Assembly (NCBI GenBank): GCA_900617105.1 | Contig: UYFQ01000057.1 | Location: forward strand, 62,001 to 126,000 | Direction: 5' to 3' | DNA from: Hydrurus foetidus | Lineage: Eukaryota | Length of the DNA: 64,000 nucleotides | Shown here: positions 9,966-19,773 of the stretch, one piece after another | Numbering within the stretch: position 1 is the first letter of the stretch | Layout of the letters: the number at the start of each line of letters is the position of its first letter | Made by a program: the position numbers and the translations under genes | Notes under the pieces: generated by a model | Databases searched by the model: none | Told to the model about the DNA's origin: nothing | What the model saw: only the letters and a program-made list of their open reading frames with translations

Positions 9966-10697
9966 ATGAGCACCACCGCCGACCTTGTTACCGTCCTGAA
10001 GAAGGAACTCAAATCCGCCCAGATGACCTACGCCGACCTGGCCGTTGCCTTGGGCATGGCCGAGTCCAGCGTCAAGCGCATGCTGGCCAAGGGAGACATG
10101 CCCCTGTCACGCATCGACGCCATTTGCCGCGCGCTGACGCTGGACTTTGCCGACCTGGCACGGCGCGTGGCCGACAACCAGCCGCTGCTGGCGCAACTGA
10201 CCCAGGCGCAAGAGAGCGCGGTGGTAGCCGACAAAAAACTACTGCTGGTCGCCATCTGCGTGCTGAGCCAGTGGACGCTGGAACAGATCACCAGCACCTA
10301 TCGGCTGACTGCGGCCGAATGCATTCAGACACTAGCGCAGTTGGACCGCATCGGCATCATCGAGCTGCGCCCGCTGAACCGCTACCGGCTGAAGCTGGCC
10401 AAGACTTTTCGCTGGCGCCCGCATGGGCCGGTGATGACCTATTTCCGCGAACACGCATTGCTGGATTACTTTTCGGGCGGGTTTGATGGCGCAGGCGAAG
10501 GCATGTTGCTGGTGCACGGCTCGGTGAGCCGCGCGCTGGCGCCCGCTTTTCTGGAGCGCCTGCAGCGCGTGGCGCAAGACTTTGCCCAGCAGCACTTGGC
10601 CGACCAGAAAATCCCCGAGCCCGAACGCGAGGGCTACACCCTGCTGCTGGCCATGCGGCGCTGGGAGTTCGAGGCTTTCACGAACTTTCACCGCTGA
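9966..10697 (+). CDS. XRE/Cro-like HTH transcriptional regulator
   Basis: N-terminal TYADLAVALGMAESSVKR HTH; divergent from the membrane gene cluster. Confidence 0.8.
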   Translation: MSTTADLVTVLKKELKSAQMTYADLAVALGMAESSVKRMLAKGDMPLSRIDAICRALTLDFADLARRVADNQPLLAQLTQAQESAVVADKKLLLVAICVLSQWTLEQITSTYRLTAAECIQTLAQLDRIGIIELRPLNRYRLKLAKTFRWRPHGPVMTYFREHALLDYFSGGFDGAGEGMLLVHGSVSRALAPAFLERLQRVAQDFAQQHLADQKIPEPEREGYTLLLAMRRWEFEAFTNFHR

Positions 10698-10701
10698 CAT
10701 G

Positions 10702-10732
10702 AAAAAGCCCCGGTGCTTGCGCACAGGGGCTT
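10702..10732 (-). terminator. intrinsic terminator for the wrbA-like gene
   Basis: AAGCCCC/GGGGCTT stem with an A run on the + strand, between convergent genes. Confidence 0.65.
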
Positions 10733-10757
10733 GGCAGGCCGAGAGACCAGACGTGTC

Positions 10758-11309
10758 TTATGCGCGCTTGCCAGCCAGCGACGCAATGCGCTCGCCGTAC
10801 TTGCGACCGGTTTCCAAATCACCTGGGTTCATCTCGTCAGCGCTGGCGTCACCCGGGGTTTGGGCGATGGGGCCGGCGTTAGAGGCCATGTAATTCAGGT
10901 CGGCGCGTTGCGAGCCCTTGTGGTTGTTATAGGCCATGCCGGTACCCGCCCACAGACCGCCATGCTGCATGGCCAGGGTCATGAAGTAGTGCAGTGTGGA
11001 ATGCTTGTCGCCGTCCACGTTGGCGCTATTGGTGAAGCCACCAAAGATCTTGTCTTTCCAAGCCTGCACATACCAAGGCTTGCTGGACGCATCGGCAAAC
11101 TTCTTGAACTGCCAGCTGACGCTGCCCATGTAGGTGGGCGATCCAAAGATGATGGCGTCGGCCGCCGCCAGGGTGTCCCACGCAGCTTCGGGCACATTGC
11201 CTTCGGCGTCGATGGTGATCAGGTCCGCACCTGCGCCCTGTGCCACCGACTGCGCCATGCGCTGCGTGTGACCGTAACCCGAATGAAATACCACTGCTAC
11301 TTTTGCCAT
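10758..11309 (-). CDS. WrbA-like flavodoxin family NAD(P)H oxidoreductase
   Basis: FHSGYGHT and FGSPTYMG motifs. Confidence 0.88.
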   Translation of the reverse strand: MAKVAVVFHSGYGHTQRMAQSVAQGAGADLITIDAEGNVPEAAWDTLAAADAIIFGSPTYMGSVSWQFKKFADASSKPWYVQAWKDKIFGGFTNSANVDGDKHSTLHYFMTLAMQHGGLWAGTGMAYNNHKGSQRADLNYMASNAGPIAQTPGDASADEMNPGDLETGRKYGERIASLAGKRA

Positions 11310-11335
11310 GACAAGCTCCTTGATGAATTGAGAAA

Positions 11336-11431
11336 TTAATTGCTGCGCTTGGAATCCAGGCTCAGCGCGCCGGGACCAAATGCCACGAGAGACAACAGAC
11401 CACCGGCAATGGCGGGGTTCTTCATGAACAT
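11336..11431 (-). pseudogene. DoxX family remnant (31-aa C-terminal fragment)
   Basis: MFMKNPAIAGGLLSLVAFGPGALSLD resembles a DoxX C-terminus; RBS GAGGAG upstream; sits between pirin and flavodoxin. Confidence 0.7.
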
Positions 11432-11456
11432 GAGAATCTCCTCGTTAGTTAAAAAA

Positions 11457-12158
11457 TCAGGCTTCCAGGTCAAATACCAAAACTTCGGCGTTTGCCCCGT
11501 GGGCCAAGGTAATACGGCTTTCGCCCTCCAGCAGCGCCGCATCACCCGTCGTGAGCGTGGCACCGTTGACTTCTACACCGCCGCGCAGCACCTGCACGTA
11601 GGCTTTGCGCACGGGGTCCAACGCCAACTCCGCGCTTTGTTCGCCATCGAACAGGCCGCTGTACAGCTTGGCATCGGCATGAATCAGCACGCTGTTGTCT
11701 GCACCGTCGGGCGACGCTACCAGCCGCAGCTTTCCCTGTTTCTCGGCAAGGTCAAAGCCTTTTTGCTCATAGCTGGGTGGGATGCCGCGCACATTGGGCT
11801 CAATCCATATCTGGAAGAAGTGCGTGGTCTCACCCTCGGCGTGGTTGAACTCGCTGTGCTGCACACCGCTGCCGGCGCTCATGCGCTGCACATCACCGGG
11901 CGGGATGCCCTTGATGTTGCCCATGCTGTCCTTGTGCGCCAGGCTGCCCGACATCACATAGCTGATGATTTCCATGTCGCGGTGGCCATGGGTGCCAAAA
12001 CCGGTGCCGGGGGCAATGCGGTCTTCGTTGATCACCCGCAAGTTGCCCCAGCCCATGTGGGCGGGGTCGTAGTAGCCGGCGAACGAAAAGCTGTGGAAAG
12101 ACTTCAACCAGCCATGGTCGGCTTGGCCGCGGTCTTGGGATTTGCGTAAGGTCAACAT
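11457..12158 (-). CDS. pirin family protein (YhhW-like)
   Basis: HSFSFA, GFGTHGHRDMEI, HSEFN, FQIWI motifs. Confidence 0.92.
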   Translation of the reverse strand: MLTLRKSQDRGQADHGWLKSFHSFSFAGYYDPAHMGWGNLRVINEDRIAPGTGFGTHGHRDMEIISYVMSGSLAHKDSMGNIKGIPPGDVQRMSAGSGVQHSEFNHAEGETTHFFQIWIEPNVRGIPPSYEQKGFDLAEKQGKLRLVASPDGADNSVLIHADAKLYSGLFDGEQSAELALDPVRKAYVQVLRGGVEVNGATLTTGDAALLEGESRITLAHGANAEVLVFDLEA

Positions 12159-12277
12159 ACGGTGTCCTTTCTCTCTGTGTCTTGTTGATGGACTGAACTT
12201 TAGGCCTCGGCAGGGCCTTTTCCATCCATGCTGTTTGATGGCATCATTCAAACCAATTCAACTTAAAGGCCGCCTTC

Positions 12278-13219
12278 ATGCAAAACGCCCGCGACTTTTT
12301 GACCCCCGATGCGCTCTCCATGCTGCAGTCCATTGCCGCCGCGGGCAGCTTTGCCGCCGCTGCGCGCGAGATGGGCATGGTGCCCAGCGCGTTGACCTAC
12401 CGGGTGCGCCAGATTGAGGACGCGCTGGATGTGTTGCTGTACGACCGCAGCTCGCGCCAGGCCAAGCTCACCGAGGCCGGCGCCGAGCTGCTGCGAGAAG
12501 GCGCGCGGCTGCTCGAAGAGATTGATGCCGTGGCTAACCGCGTCAAGCGCGTGGCCACCGGCTGGGAGCCGCAACTCACCATCGCCGTCGACACCGTCAT
12601 CTCCAAGCCCACCATGATGGAACTGTGCGAGAGCTTCTTCAGCCAGTCCCCGCCCACGCGCATTCGCATCCGCGAAGAGACGCTGTCGGGCACGCTGGAG
12701 GCCCTGACCCGCGGCCAGGCCGACCTGGCGATTGGTGTGGGGCCCGACTCGGCGCGCACCGCCGGTGTACACAGCAAGCCGCTGGGCCACATCACCTTTG
12801 TCTATGCCGTAGCACCCCACCACCCGCTGGCCAACGCACCCGAGCCGCTAAGCGACGAGGTGATCCAAAAACACCGCGCCGTGGCCGTGGCCGACTCCAT
12901 CAGCCGGGGCACGGGCCAGACCTTTGGCCTGCTCAGCGGACAGGACGTATTCACCGTGCCCACCATGCAAGCCAAGCTGGATGCGCAACTGCGCGGCTTG
13001 GGCGGCGGCAACCTGCCGCGCTGCATGGCCGACAGCTACATCGACACCGGCCGCCTGGTCGTCAAGCGCACCGAACGCGCGCAGCGCCAGGTGCCACTGC
13101 ACTACGCCTGGCGCCTGAGCAAAACCACGCAGCAGGGCAAAGCACTGCAGTGGTGGCTGAGCCAACTGGAAAGCCCGGCCACGCGCGACGCGCTACTTGA
13201 AGAACACCGCAGCGCGTAA
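12278..13219 (+). CDS. LysR family regulator
   Basis: GSFAAAAREM..PSALTYRVRQIE HTH; divergent from pirin. Confidence 0.92.
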   Translation: MQNARDFLTPDALSMLQSIAAAGSFAAAAREMGMVPSALTYRVRQIEDALDVLLYDRSSRQAKLTEAGAELLREGARLLEEIDAVANRVKRVATGWEPQLTIAVDTVISKPTMMELCESFFSQSPPTRIRIREETLSGTLEALTRGQADLAIGVGPDSARTAGVHSKPLGHITFVYAVAPHHPLANAPEPLSDEVIQKHRAVAVADSISRGTGQTFGLLSGQDVFTVPTMQAKLDAQLRGLGGGNLPRCMADSYIDTGRLVVKRTERAQRQVPLHYAWRLSKTTQQGKALQWWLSQLESPATRDALLEEHRSA

Positions 13220-13264
13220 GCCAGCGGGCCCCGGCCAGCGTGTATAAAGAGACCACTACAACTA

Positions 13265-14323
13265 ATGGAGACTGCGCCCATGACCACATCGCAACACATC
13301 GCTATCGTGGGCGCCGGCATGGCCGGTATCGCTTGCGCACGCACGTTGGTGCAAGCAGGCCACCGGGTGACCGTGTTTGACAAGAGCCAGGGTTTGGGCG
13401 GGCGCATGTCCACGCGTGGCAGCGCATTCGGCACCTTTGACCATGGTGCGCAGTACTTCACCGTGCGCGATGCGCGCTTTGAGCTGGCCCTGCAGACTAC
13501 GCCGGGCCTGTGCCGCCCCTGGAGCGCCAACACCGTGCGCGTGCTCGACTCGCATGGCCGCGTGGCCGCTGCGGGCCTCCCTGCCCGTGAATCGCATTGG
13601 GTTCCCACACCGGGCATGAACGCCCTGGTGAGCGCCTGGGCCAAGCCGCTCAGCGTGGCCGGCAATGTGGAACTGCACACCCGGGTCACCTCCATCGAAC
13701 CCGACGCCTTGCACAAAGCCCAGTGGCAGCTCCGCACCGCAGGCGATGGTGGAAGCAGCCATGTTTACAGCGGCTTTGACGCCGTGGTGCTGGCCATTCC
13801 CCACCCACAGGCACAAGAACTGTTGGCCTCCACGCCCAAGGGCGTGGCGCTGGCCAAGAAAACCGCCAACGTATCGGTGGCGCCCTGCTGGACGCTGATG
13901 CTGGCCTACCCCCAGGCCGTGCAGCCGGGTCTGACCACGCTGGGGCCCCAGTGGAACGCCGCGCGCAGCACCCACCACCGCATTGCCTGGCTGGCGCGCG
14001 AGTCCAGCAAACCGGGCCGTGGCCGCGTGGAGCGCTGGACCGTGCAGGCCAGCGCCGCGTGGTCCCAAGAGCATTTGCAGGATGACGCCCAACGCGTGCA
14101 GGCCAAGCTGATCAAGGCCTTCTCCGAGATCACCGGCATCCGCGCCGAACCCGCCCATGTGGACGTGCACCGCTGGACTTACGCCAAGACTGAAAAGGCA
14201 CTGGGCCAAAGCCACCTGTGGGATGCCAAGAGCGGCCTGGGCGTGTGTGGCGACTGGTGCATCGGGCACCGGGTGGAAGATGCCTTTGTGTCAGGCCTGG
14301 AGCTGGCACTCGCGATGGCGTGA
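13265..14323 (+). CDS. renalase-like FAD-dependent oxidoreductase
   Basis: [40 protein letters not shown] motifs. Confidence 0.88.
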   Translation: METAPMTTSQHIAIVGAGMAGIACARTLVQAGHRVTVFDKSQGLGGRMSTRGSAFGTFDHGAQYFTVRDARFELALQTTPGLCRPWSANTVRVLDSHGRVAAAGLPARESHWVPTPGMNALVSAWAKPLSVAGNVELHTRVTSIEPDALHKAQWQLRTAGDGGSSHVYSGFDAVVLAIPHPQAQELLASTPKGVALAKKTANVSVAPCWTLMLAYPQAVQPGLTTLGPQWNAARSTHHRIAWLARESSKPGRGRVERWTVQASAAWSQEHLQDDAQRVQAKLIKAFSEITGIRAEPAHVDVHRWTYAKTEKALGQSHLWDAKSGLGVCGDWCIGHRVEDAFVSGLELALAMA

Positions 14324-15213
14324 GCGACCGATTGACCTACCGGGGGCGCTTTGCGCCCTCCCCCACGGGCCCGCTGCATGCGGGCTCGCTCGTTGCGGCG
14401 CTTGCCAGTTGGCTGGACGCGCGGGCCCATGGCGGTGAATGGCTGGTGCGCATCGAAGACGTGGACACGCCGCGCTGTGTGCCGGGCGCCGACACCCTCA
14501 TCCTGCAGCAGCTGGCCGCCTGCGGCCTGCACCCGGATGCGCCACCCGTATGGCAAAGCCAGCGCAGCGCGCTGTACCAGCAGGCGCTGGACCAGCTGGT
14601 AGCCGCCGGCCTGGCCTACCCCTGCGCCTGCTCCCGCAAAGACATAGAACTGGCACTGGCCGCCCAGGGCAGCGGCAAGCCGCGCCATGGCGAGCTTGTC
14701 TACCCCGGCACCTGCCGCGACGGGCTGCATGGCAAACCCGGGCGCGCTTGGCGTATGCGCACCGACACGGCTGGCGCGCTATTGCACTGGACCGACCACC
14801 GCCTGGGCCCGCAAGCCCAAGATCTGGCGCAAGAGGTGGGCGACTTTGTGCTCAAGCGGGCCGACGGCCTGTGGGCCTACCAACTGGCGGTGGTGGTGGA
14901 CGATGCGGCGCAGGGCATCAGCCATGTAGTGCGCGGTGAAGACCTGGCCGACAACACCGCACGGCAGATCGCGCTGCAGCACGCGCTGGGCTTGCCCACA
15001 CCAAACTACCTGCACACCCCACTGGTGCTGGGCCCGAATGGCGAAAAGCTCAGCAAGCAAAACGGCGCACAGGCGCTGGACACTGCCACACCCCAAGCCG
15101 CCCTGCAGGCGCTGCAGCAGGTGGCTCGCATGCTGGGGCTGCCCACGGTGACCGCCCCCAGCAACACCGAGTGCTTGGCGCTCTGGACTCGGGCCTGGCG
15201 TTCAGTCGTTTAA
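14320..15213 (+). CDS. gluQ: glutamyl-Q tRNA(Asp) synthetase
   Basis: [37 protein letters not shown]; short, no anticodon domain. Confidence 0.9.
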   Translation: MSDRLTYRGRFAPSPTGPLHAGSLVAALASWLDARAHGGEWLVRIEDVDTPRCVPGADTLILQQLAACGLHPDAPPVWQSQRSALYQQALDQLVAAGLAYPCACSRKDIELALAAQGSGKPRHGELVYPGTCRDGLHGKPGRAWRMRTDTAGALLHWTDHRLGPQAQDLAQEVGDFVLKRADGLWAYQLAVVVDDAAQGISHVVRGEDLADNTARQIALQHALGLPTPNYLHTPLVLGPNGEKLSKQNGAQALDTATPQAALQALQQVARMLGLPTVTAPSNTECLALWTRAWRSVV

Positions 15214-15773
15214 AGCGGATGCGCTGCGGGCGCGTCAGCAGGTGCTGCGCAGCGCGACACCACCGCATCGGCCAGCGCCTGCAGCGCCGCCTGAATAGAC
15301 GCCGCCACGGCGGGCGTGCTCACCATGCCCTCCTCGTCCAGCTTGGCCCCTACCAGCGAGATGGAAACGGAGGCCGGTTGCACGATGCTGGCGGCCATGG
15401 TGGTCAGCACTTCGCGCAGCGCAGCGTCCGCATGGTGGGCGCGTGGCGAGGCGTTCAGCACCGCGACCAGTTTGTAGGCAAAGGGCTCAAAGCTCACCAG
15501 CCAGTCCAGCGCGTTCTTGATGGTGCCGGTCATGCCGTGCGCGTATTCAGGGCTGGCAATCAGCAGCGCATCGGCCTGCGCCACATGGGCACGGAACTGC
15601 TGTACCGAGGCAGGCGGGTCGTCTTCCAGATCGGGATTGAATAGCGGCAGCTCACCCAGGCCAGGGCACCACTGCACCTCGATCCCAGCGGGCGCAAGCC
15701 GGGCGGCAGCGCGCAAGAGCGCCGAGTTAATGGACGCGGCCCGCAGGCTGCCCGACACCGCCAGCAGCCGCAT
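15210..15773 (-). CDS. NADPH-dependent FMN reductase
   Basis: [10 protein letters not shown] and [16 protein letters not shown] motifs. Confidence 0.88.
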   Translation of the reverse strand: MRLLAVSGSLRAASINSALLRAAARLAPAGIEVQWCPGLGELPLFNPDLEDDPPASVQQFRAHVAQADALLIASPEYAHGMTGTIKNALDWLVSFEPFAYKLVAVLNASPRAHHADAALREVLTTMAASIVQPASVSISLVGAKLDEEGMVSTPAVAASIQAALQALADAVVSRCAAPADAPAAHPL

Positions 15774-16414
15774 CACCACTTGGGGGCAATGCGGTCGCCA
15801 GGCATCAGGTCGTAGGGCGCCACCCAGCCAGGCAACGCCTTCATGCGATGCACCCACGCACCCACATGCGGGTAGCGGGTCAGCAGGTCCAGGCCGTTTT
15901 CTTCCTCGGGGTAGAAGGCATAGCCACACATCGAAAAGTCGGCAATCGTGGGGGCGTTGCCCACTAGAAAAGGCGTCTTAGCCAAATGCTTGTTGGCGAT
16001 GTCGTAGGCTGCTTCCAGCCGGCCTTTAAGCCAGCCCATCACGGCCGGATCGGGGGCGGCCGGACCAAACGATTTGCTGAAGCGGTAGCTGGCGAAATAG
16101 CTGGTGAACTTGTGGTTGTCAAACAGGAGCCAGCGCAACACCTCCAAGCGTTCCTCGGGTGTGGTACCACCAAACGCGCCGTGCTTGTCGGCCAGGTAAG
16201 TCAGGATGGCGCCGGACTGCGTGATGCTGCGTGCGCCGTCTTCCAGAATCGGCGCCTCGCCCATGGTGTTGGTGGACTCGCGCCATGCGGGGTCGCGTGA
16301 TGCGCCGTTCATAAAGTCCAAAAACACGGGTTCGTAGGGTTGACCCAAGGCGCGCAGGAAAAAAGCGACCTTGAAACTGTTGCCCGACTGGGCGAAGCAA
16401 TGCAATTTGTACAT
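15773..16414 (-). CDS. glutathione S-transferase
   Basis: SGNSFKV, QSGAILTYLA, PTIADF motifs. Confidence 0.9.
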   Translation of the reverse strand: MYKLHCFAQSGNSFKVAFFLRALGQPYEPVFLDFMNGASRDPAWRESTNTMGEAPILEDGARSITQSGAILTYLADKHGAFGGTTPEERLEVLRWLLFDNHKFTSYFASYRFSKSFGPAAPDPAVMGWLKGRLEAAYDIANKHLAKTPFLVGNAPTIADFSMCGYAFYPEEENGLDLLTRYPHVGAWVHRMKALPGWVAPYDLMPGDRIAPKW

Positions 16415-16477
16415 GGGAATTGGGGGAGTTACCGGTTTGAGTTTACGGGGAGTGGGCATCGGAAAAGTATGTGAAGC

Positions 16478-16816
16478 CTAGCGTTTGTTGGCTTGCGCAA
16501 TGTGCATCGACTCCCTGGCCAGGGCCACCAACGCATCTTGATCGTCGATGGTCTCAGTTGGGACTTGGTAGTACTTTTTGACCTGCACGCGCTTGGTCTT
16601 TGTGTTGTACGCAAAGCATTCGCTGCCCAACGCTTCGTACTTTGGGCGTGTGGTGTTGTCCACCACAAAGTACACGGTGCTGCCCATGATCATGGCGAAC
16701 TGCTTTGCGTCGATAGACAGCCCGGCTCCACCAAAGAAACGCGCGCTCCTTATGCGACCAATTCCAGAGAGCTGTTCAACGATGAATTCGACAAACTGTG
16801 AGGATGCTTCGGACAT
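16478..16816 (-). CDS. TfoX/Sxy N-terminal domain protein
   Basis: RFFGGAGL, FAMI....YFVVD, YYQVP motifs. Confidence 0.8.
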   Translation of the reverse strand: MSEASSQFVEFIVEQLSGIGRIRSARFFGGAGLSIDAKQFAMIMGSTVYFVVDNTTRPKYEALGSECFAYNTKTKRVQVKKYYQVPTETIDDQDALVALARESMHIAQANKR

Positions 16817-16847
16817 GATTTTTGAGGCAGATGAAGCGTTACCGTGG

Positions 16848-17495
16848 TCACTGCCGGGCCAGAACCACATGGGTGGCCCGTGCCGTGGCTTCGTGCTTGA
16901 CGCAGGCATAACCCAAGGCAGGAAGATCCACGCCTTCGAAGAGTCGCTCACCCGAGCCCAGCAGGACTGGCGATATGGCGAAGTGCATCTCATCGATCAG
17001 GCGCTGGCGAAGATACTGCTGGATGACGCTCACCCCGCCACCGACTCGCACGTCCTTGCCTCCAGCAGCTTCCCGGGCGCGCTCCAGCGCGACGACAGGG
17101 CCTTCTGTCACAAAGTGGAAGGTGGTGCCGCCTTCCATGACCAGTGGCGCGCGCGCGTGCTGGGTCAGCACGAATACCGGCACCTGGTACACCGGGTTAT
17201 CACCCCACCAACCGCGCCAGCTCTCGTCTGGCCATGGGCCACGAACCGGCCCAAACATATTCCGGCCAAGGATCCACGCGCCGATGTTCTGGAAACCGCG
17301 AATGGCAAATTCATCGTCCACGCCCGTTTCCCCGCCATCGTTACCAAACAGCTTTTGCTGAAAGGTGCGCGTGGGCATCGCCCAGCCATGCAGCGACGTG
17401 CCACCCACGCCCAGTGGGTTGGTTAAGTCTTGGTCTGGGCCCGCGCCGAAACCGTCCAGTGAAATGGTGAAACTCTCTACGCGAAGTTTGGACAT
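16848..17495 (-). CDS. RibD C-terminal/dihydrofolate reductase-like protein
   Basis: SLDGFGAGP, ILGRNMF, PVLLGSGERLF motifs. Confidence 0.88.
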   Translation of the reverse strand: MSKLRVESFTISLDGFGAGPDQDLTNPLGVGGTSLHGWAMPTRTFQQKLFGNDGGETGVDDEFAIRGFQNIGAWILGRNMFGPVRGPWPDESWRGWWGDNPVYQVPVFVLTQHARAPLVMEGGTTFHFVTEGPVVALERAREAAGGKDVRVGGGVSVIQQYLRQRLIDEMHFAISPVLLGSGERLFEGVDLPALGYACVKHEATARATHVVLARQ

Positions 17496-17509
17496 GGTGC
17501 CTCTCTCAG

Positions 17510-17977
17510 TTAGCGCGCGCGCCGGTAGTGCATGGCGATGGCGCCGCAGCGGAGCGGCTTCGCCGAGATGAATTCGAGCCGTCGCGTGCTGGGCAACCCG
17601 CTCTGGTACAGGGTCGGGCCGTGGCCGGCGATCCTGGGGTGGACGAGGAACTTGTACTCGTCGATCAGATCCAGCCGGTCCAGCTCAGTTGCGAGTTTGC
17701 CGCTACCGAGGAGCACACCGTCTGGGGTCGCGTACTTGGGCTTGGCCTCCAGCTTGACCGCCCACTCGCGTATCGCCGGCGGTGCCTGCACGTCGCCGCA
17801 GGCGACGGCTGGCCAGTAGCTCTCCATCATCTCGTAGGTGACGCGGCCCCACAGCATCGCCCCGCTCTCGTCCATCATGCGTGTGAAGAACGCGTGCGTC
17901 TCGTCGTCGGCGATTCCTTCCTGGTGATCGACGCAGCCGTCCAGAGTGACGTTGATGCTAAAGGTCAAGAGCCCCAT
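17510..17977 (-). CDS. RibD C-terminal/DHFR-like protein, probable internal in-frame deletion
   Basis: NVTLDGC, WGRVTYEMM, DLIDEY, HPRIAGHG; KPKY joins directly to ATPDGVLLGSG. Confidence 0.75.
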   Translation of the reverse strand: MGLLTFSINVTLDGCVDHQEGIADDETHAFFTRMMDESGAMLWGRVTYEMMESYWPAVACGDVQAPPAIREWAVKLEAKPKYATPDGVLLGSGKLATELDRLDLIDEYKFLVHPRIAGHGPTLYQSGLPSTRRLEFISAKPLRCGAIAMHYRRAR

Positions 17978-17996
17978 GGTGTCCTCCTTTATGGAT

Positions 17997-18036
17997 GCGC
18001 AACGAGCCGCTGGCCGGCTGGCTCAAAGGCTTAGGC
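17997..18036 (-). other. degenerate, shortened attC
   Basis: GCCTAAG...GAGCC..GGCTC GTTGCGC, only 40 bp. Confidence 0.5.
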
Positions 18037-18500
18037 GTCGCGTAGCGTGGAGCGAATGAACTCTGCTTTTGCATTGGTGTACGCCTCTCTATCGGTGGAA
18101 TGCCTTGCGGCGAGCTGATGCTTCACTGCAGCATAACGCGCCGCGAGCGAAGGGCTGGAGCGAACCGAATTGCGAAAGGCGAGATGTTCTTGCCAGACAT
18201 GGCTATCGTGAACCACCACATGGAGGTGGTGCGTGCGGTGCCCATCGGCCCACCTCATGAACCACATGCGGTCAACCAAGGTTTCATTGAACTCGCTTGA
18301 CGTCGTGTAGCCCGCTGCACGAATGCGCCCAGCGATGGACTTGGCAAAAGCCATTGATTCGACACCGGCCAGAAGATCAATGACTGGTTTCGCGGGCATG
18401 TCCGGTACAGCAGTACTTCCGATGTGCTCGACTTCAAGGAACACACTTGGCAGTAGCGACATGAGACGCTCACGCTCAGTCGCAAACTTGTTTGGCCACG
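18031..18500 (-). pseudogene. GrpB family nucleotidyltransferase-fold protein, 5'-truncated
   Basis: EHIGSTAVP.MPAKPVIDL, HHLHVV, Y...K..LA, YTNAK; N-terminus abuts an isolated attC R'' box. Confidence 0.75.
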
Positions 18501-18505
18501 AAGTG

Positions 18506-18763
18506 TTAGCCCGCTGCGCCCGAAACCAGCGGAAATGTGGATGGATTTCGTATGGACTGAACCGATAAATCGACGTCCAACCCCGGCCAATAGAGGTGGT
18601 CGGGGGTCGGCCACTGAACTTCCAAAATCTGTTCGATCGTCCCCTTTCGAAACCATGGAAATTGATCAAAAGGCACGAGCAGCTCCTCGTCGGCAAGCAG
18701 CAGCCAAAAACCGTGCTTCGAAACATGGGTAACCTCAGCCGCCAAAGTGGTGATTCCAGGCAT
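18506..18763 (-). CDS. DUF2442 protein (putative TA component)
   Basis: FDQFPWFRK and HLYWPGLDVDLS motifs. Confidence 0.8.
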   Translation of the reverse strand: MPGITTLAAEVTHVSKHGFWLLLADEELLVPFDQFPWFRKGTIEQILEVQWPTPDHLYWPGLDVDLSVQSIRNPSTFPLVSGAAG

Positions 18764-18974
18764 CTTGGATCTCCTTCAAATGTGCACTCACAACTGCTTG
18801 CGCTTGTCGCAGTTGCGTAGCAGAAAGACCAGTATGGTTGGCTAGAACCACCTGTGGTGTGAGCCAGAACTTCGCTTCGCCGTCCACGTGCGCAACATGC
18901 ACATGAATGCGTGTCTCCTCCCGTGAAAAGAAGAAGAGACGAAATTGGCCGTCACGAACAATGGTGGGTGCCAT
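18735..18974 (-). CDS. DUF4160 protein (putative TA component)
   Basis: FRLFFFSREE, HVHV, EAKFWL, AWNHHFG motifs. Confidence 0.85.
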   Translation of the reverse strand: MAPTIVRDGQFRLFFFSREETRIHVHVAHVDGEAKFWLTPQVVLANHTGLSATQLRQAQAVVSAHLKEIQDAWNHHFGG

Positions 18975-19005
18975 ACCGCTACTGTAACCAACTTATATTC
19001 CAGCA

Positions 19006-19092
19006 GGCTAGCGTAAAAGCTGCCCGGCACGCAGCATGGGCCGCGAAGCCGCATTCTGCTGCAGCGTGTCCGTGCCGAGCTGAAGGTTAGGC
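19006..19092 (-). other. attC site, 87 bp (R' reads GCTAGCC)
   Basis: GCCTAAC...GCGGCTTCGCGGC...AC GCTAGCC. Confidence 0.8.
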
Positions 19093-19093
19093 G

Positions 19094-19654
19094 TCACTTC
19101 CATACCCGCCACCATGGACGTTTCGGTGCCAGATCTGTAAGTCTCTCAAATGGAGTGCTGTCGACGTCTGGGTTGCACTCGTCATGGCGGAACCCAGAGA
19201 TCTCCTTCGCGAGTAGCAGAGGGATATCCATGTGAAAATGGCCTTGAAGGTTCTCGCTGTCGCCAGACTCAACCGTAGACAACAGCTCAAAGAAGCGCGG
19301 AGGAGGTGAGCCAGCATATGAGATGTTCTCCACATCTCGGTCGCCTTCGTGCTGTACGTGCCAGGTGCGTAGACCGTCACTCCAAAGTTCTGTCGAGGCG
19401 AAGTTGACGTGCTCCTCGACAGAGCATGCCACTGCGCGACAACCTGCTGAAATTGCAGCCATGCTCTCGGGTCGTATGACACGATGATCGCACCCCATAG
19501 CAGCGACCAGAAGCCAGTTACATGGAAGCGGGTGGGAACTCACCGTAACGTGCTGGAACTCGCAGGGCTCCCCAGTTCGAGCCAATAGGAGTCGCCGCAG
19601 CGCCTCATCAACCGGAAGCGCTTCGACTGCAACCCACGCGAGCGATATACCCAT
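19094..19654 (-). CDS. hypothetical cassette protein
   Basis: 186-aa ORF filling one cassette; ends KRPWWRVWK. Confidence 0.7.
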   Translation of the reverse strand: MGISLAWVAVEALPVDEALRRLLLARTGEPCEFQHVTVSSHPLPCNWLLVAAMGCDHRVIRPESMAAISAGCRAVACSVEEHVNFASTELWSDGLRTWHVQHEGDRDVENISYAGSPPPRFFELLSTVESGDSENLQGHFHMDIPLLLAKEISGFRHDECNPDVDSTPFERLTDLAPKRPWWRVWK

Positions 19655-19670
19655 AACAGTGCCTTGTGAC

Positions 19671-19757
19671 GCCTAACGTTGGAGGCCATCGGCACACAAC
19701 ATACGCCGCGAAGCGGCAACCTGATGTTGCTTGTCCGTGTGGGCCGACCAGTTCCGC
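19671..19757 (-). other. attC site, 87 bp
   Basis: GCGGAAC TGGTCGGCCCACAC...GCCGCTTCGCGGC...CAAC GTTAGGC. Confidence 0.88.
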
Positions 19758-19773
19758 CTCGCAGCGCGCACGA

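Noticed and set aside
16848..17977. DHFR-like cassettes as trimethoprim-resistance dfr genes
   Set aside because: Their motifs fit RibD C-terminal-like proteins rather than DfrA or DfrB.
18506..18726. N-terminal extension of the 231-aa ORF 18031-18726
   Set aside because: It overlaps the DUF2442 gene in another frame; GrpB similarity begins only near 18500.
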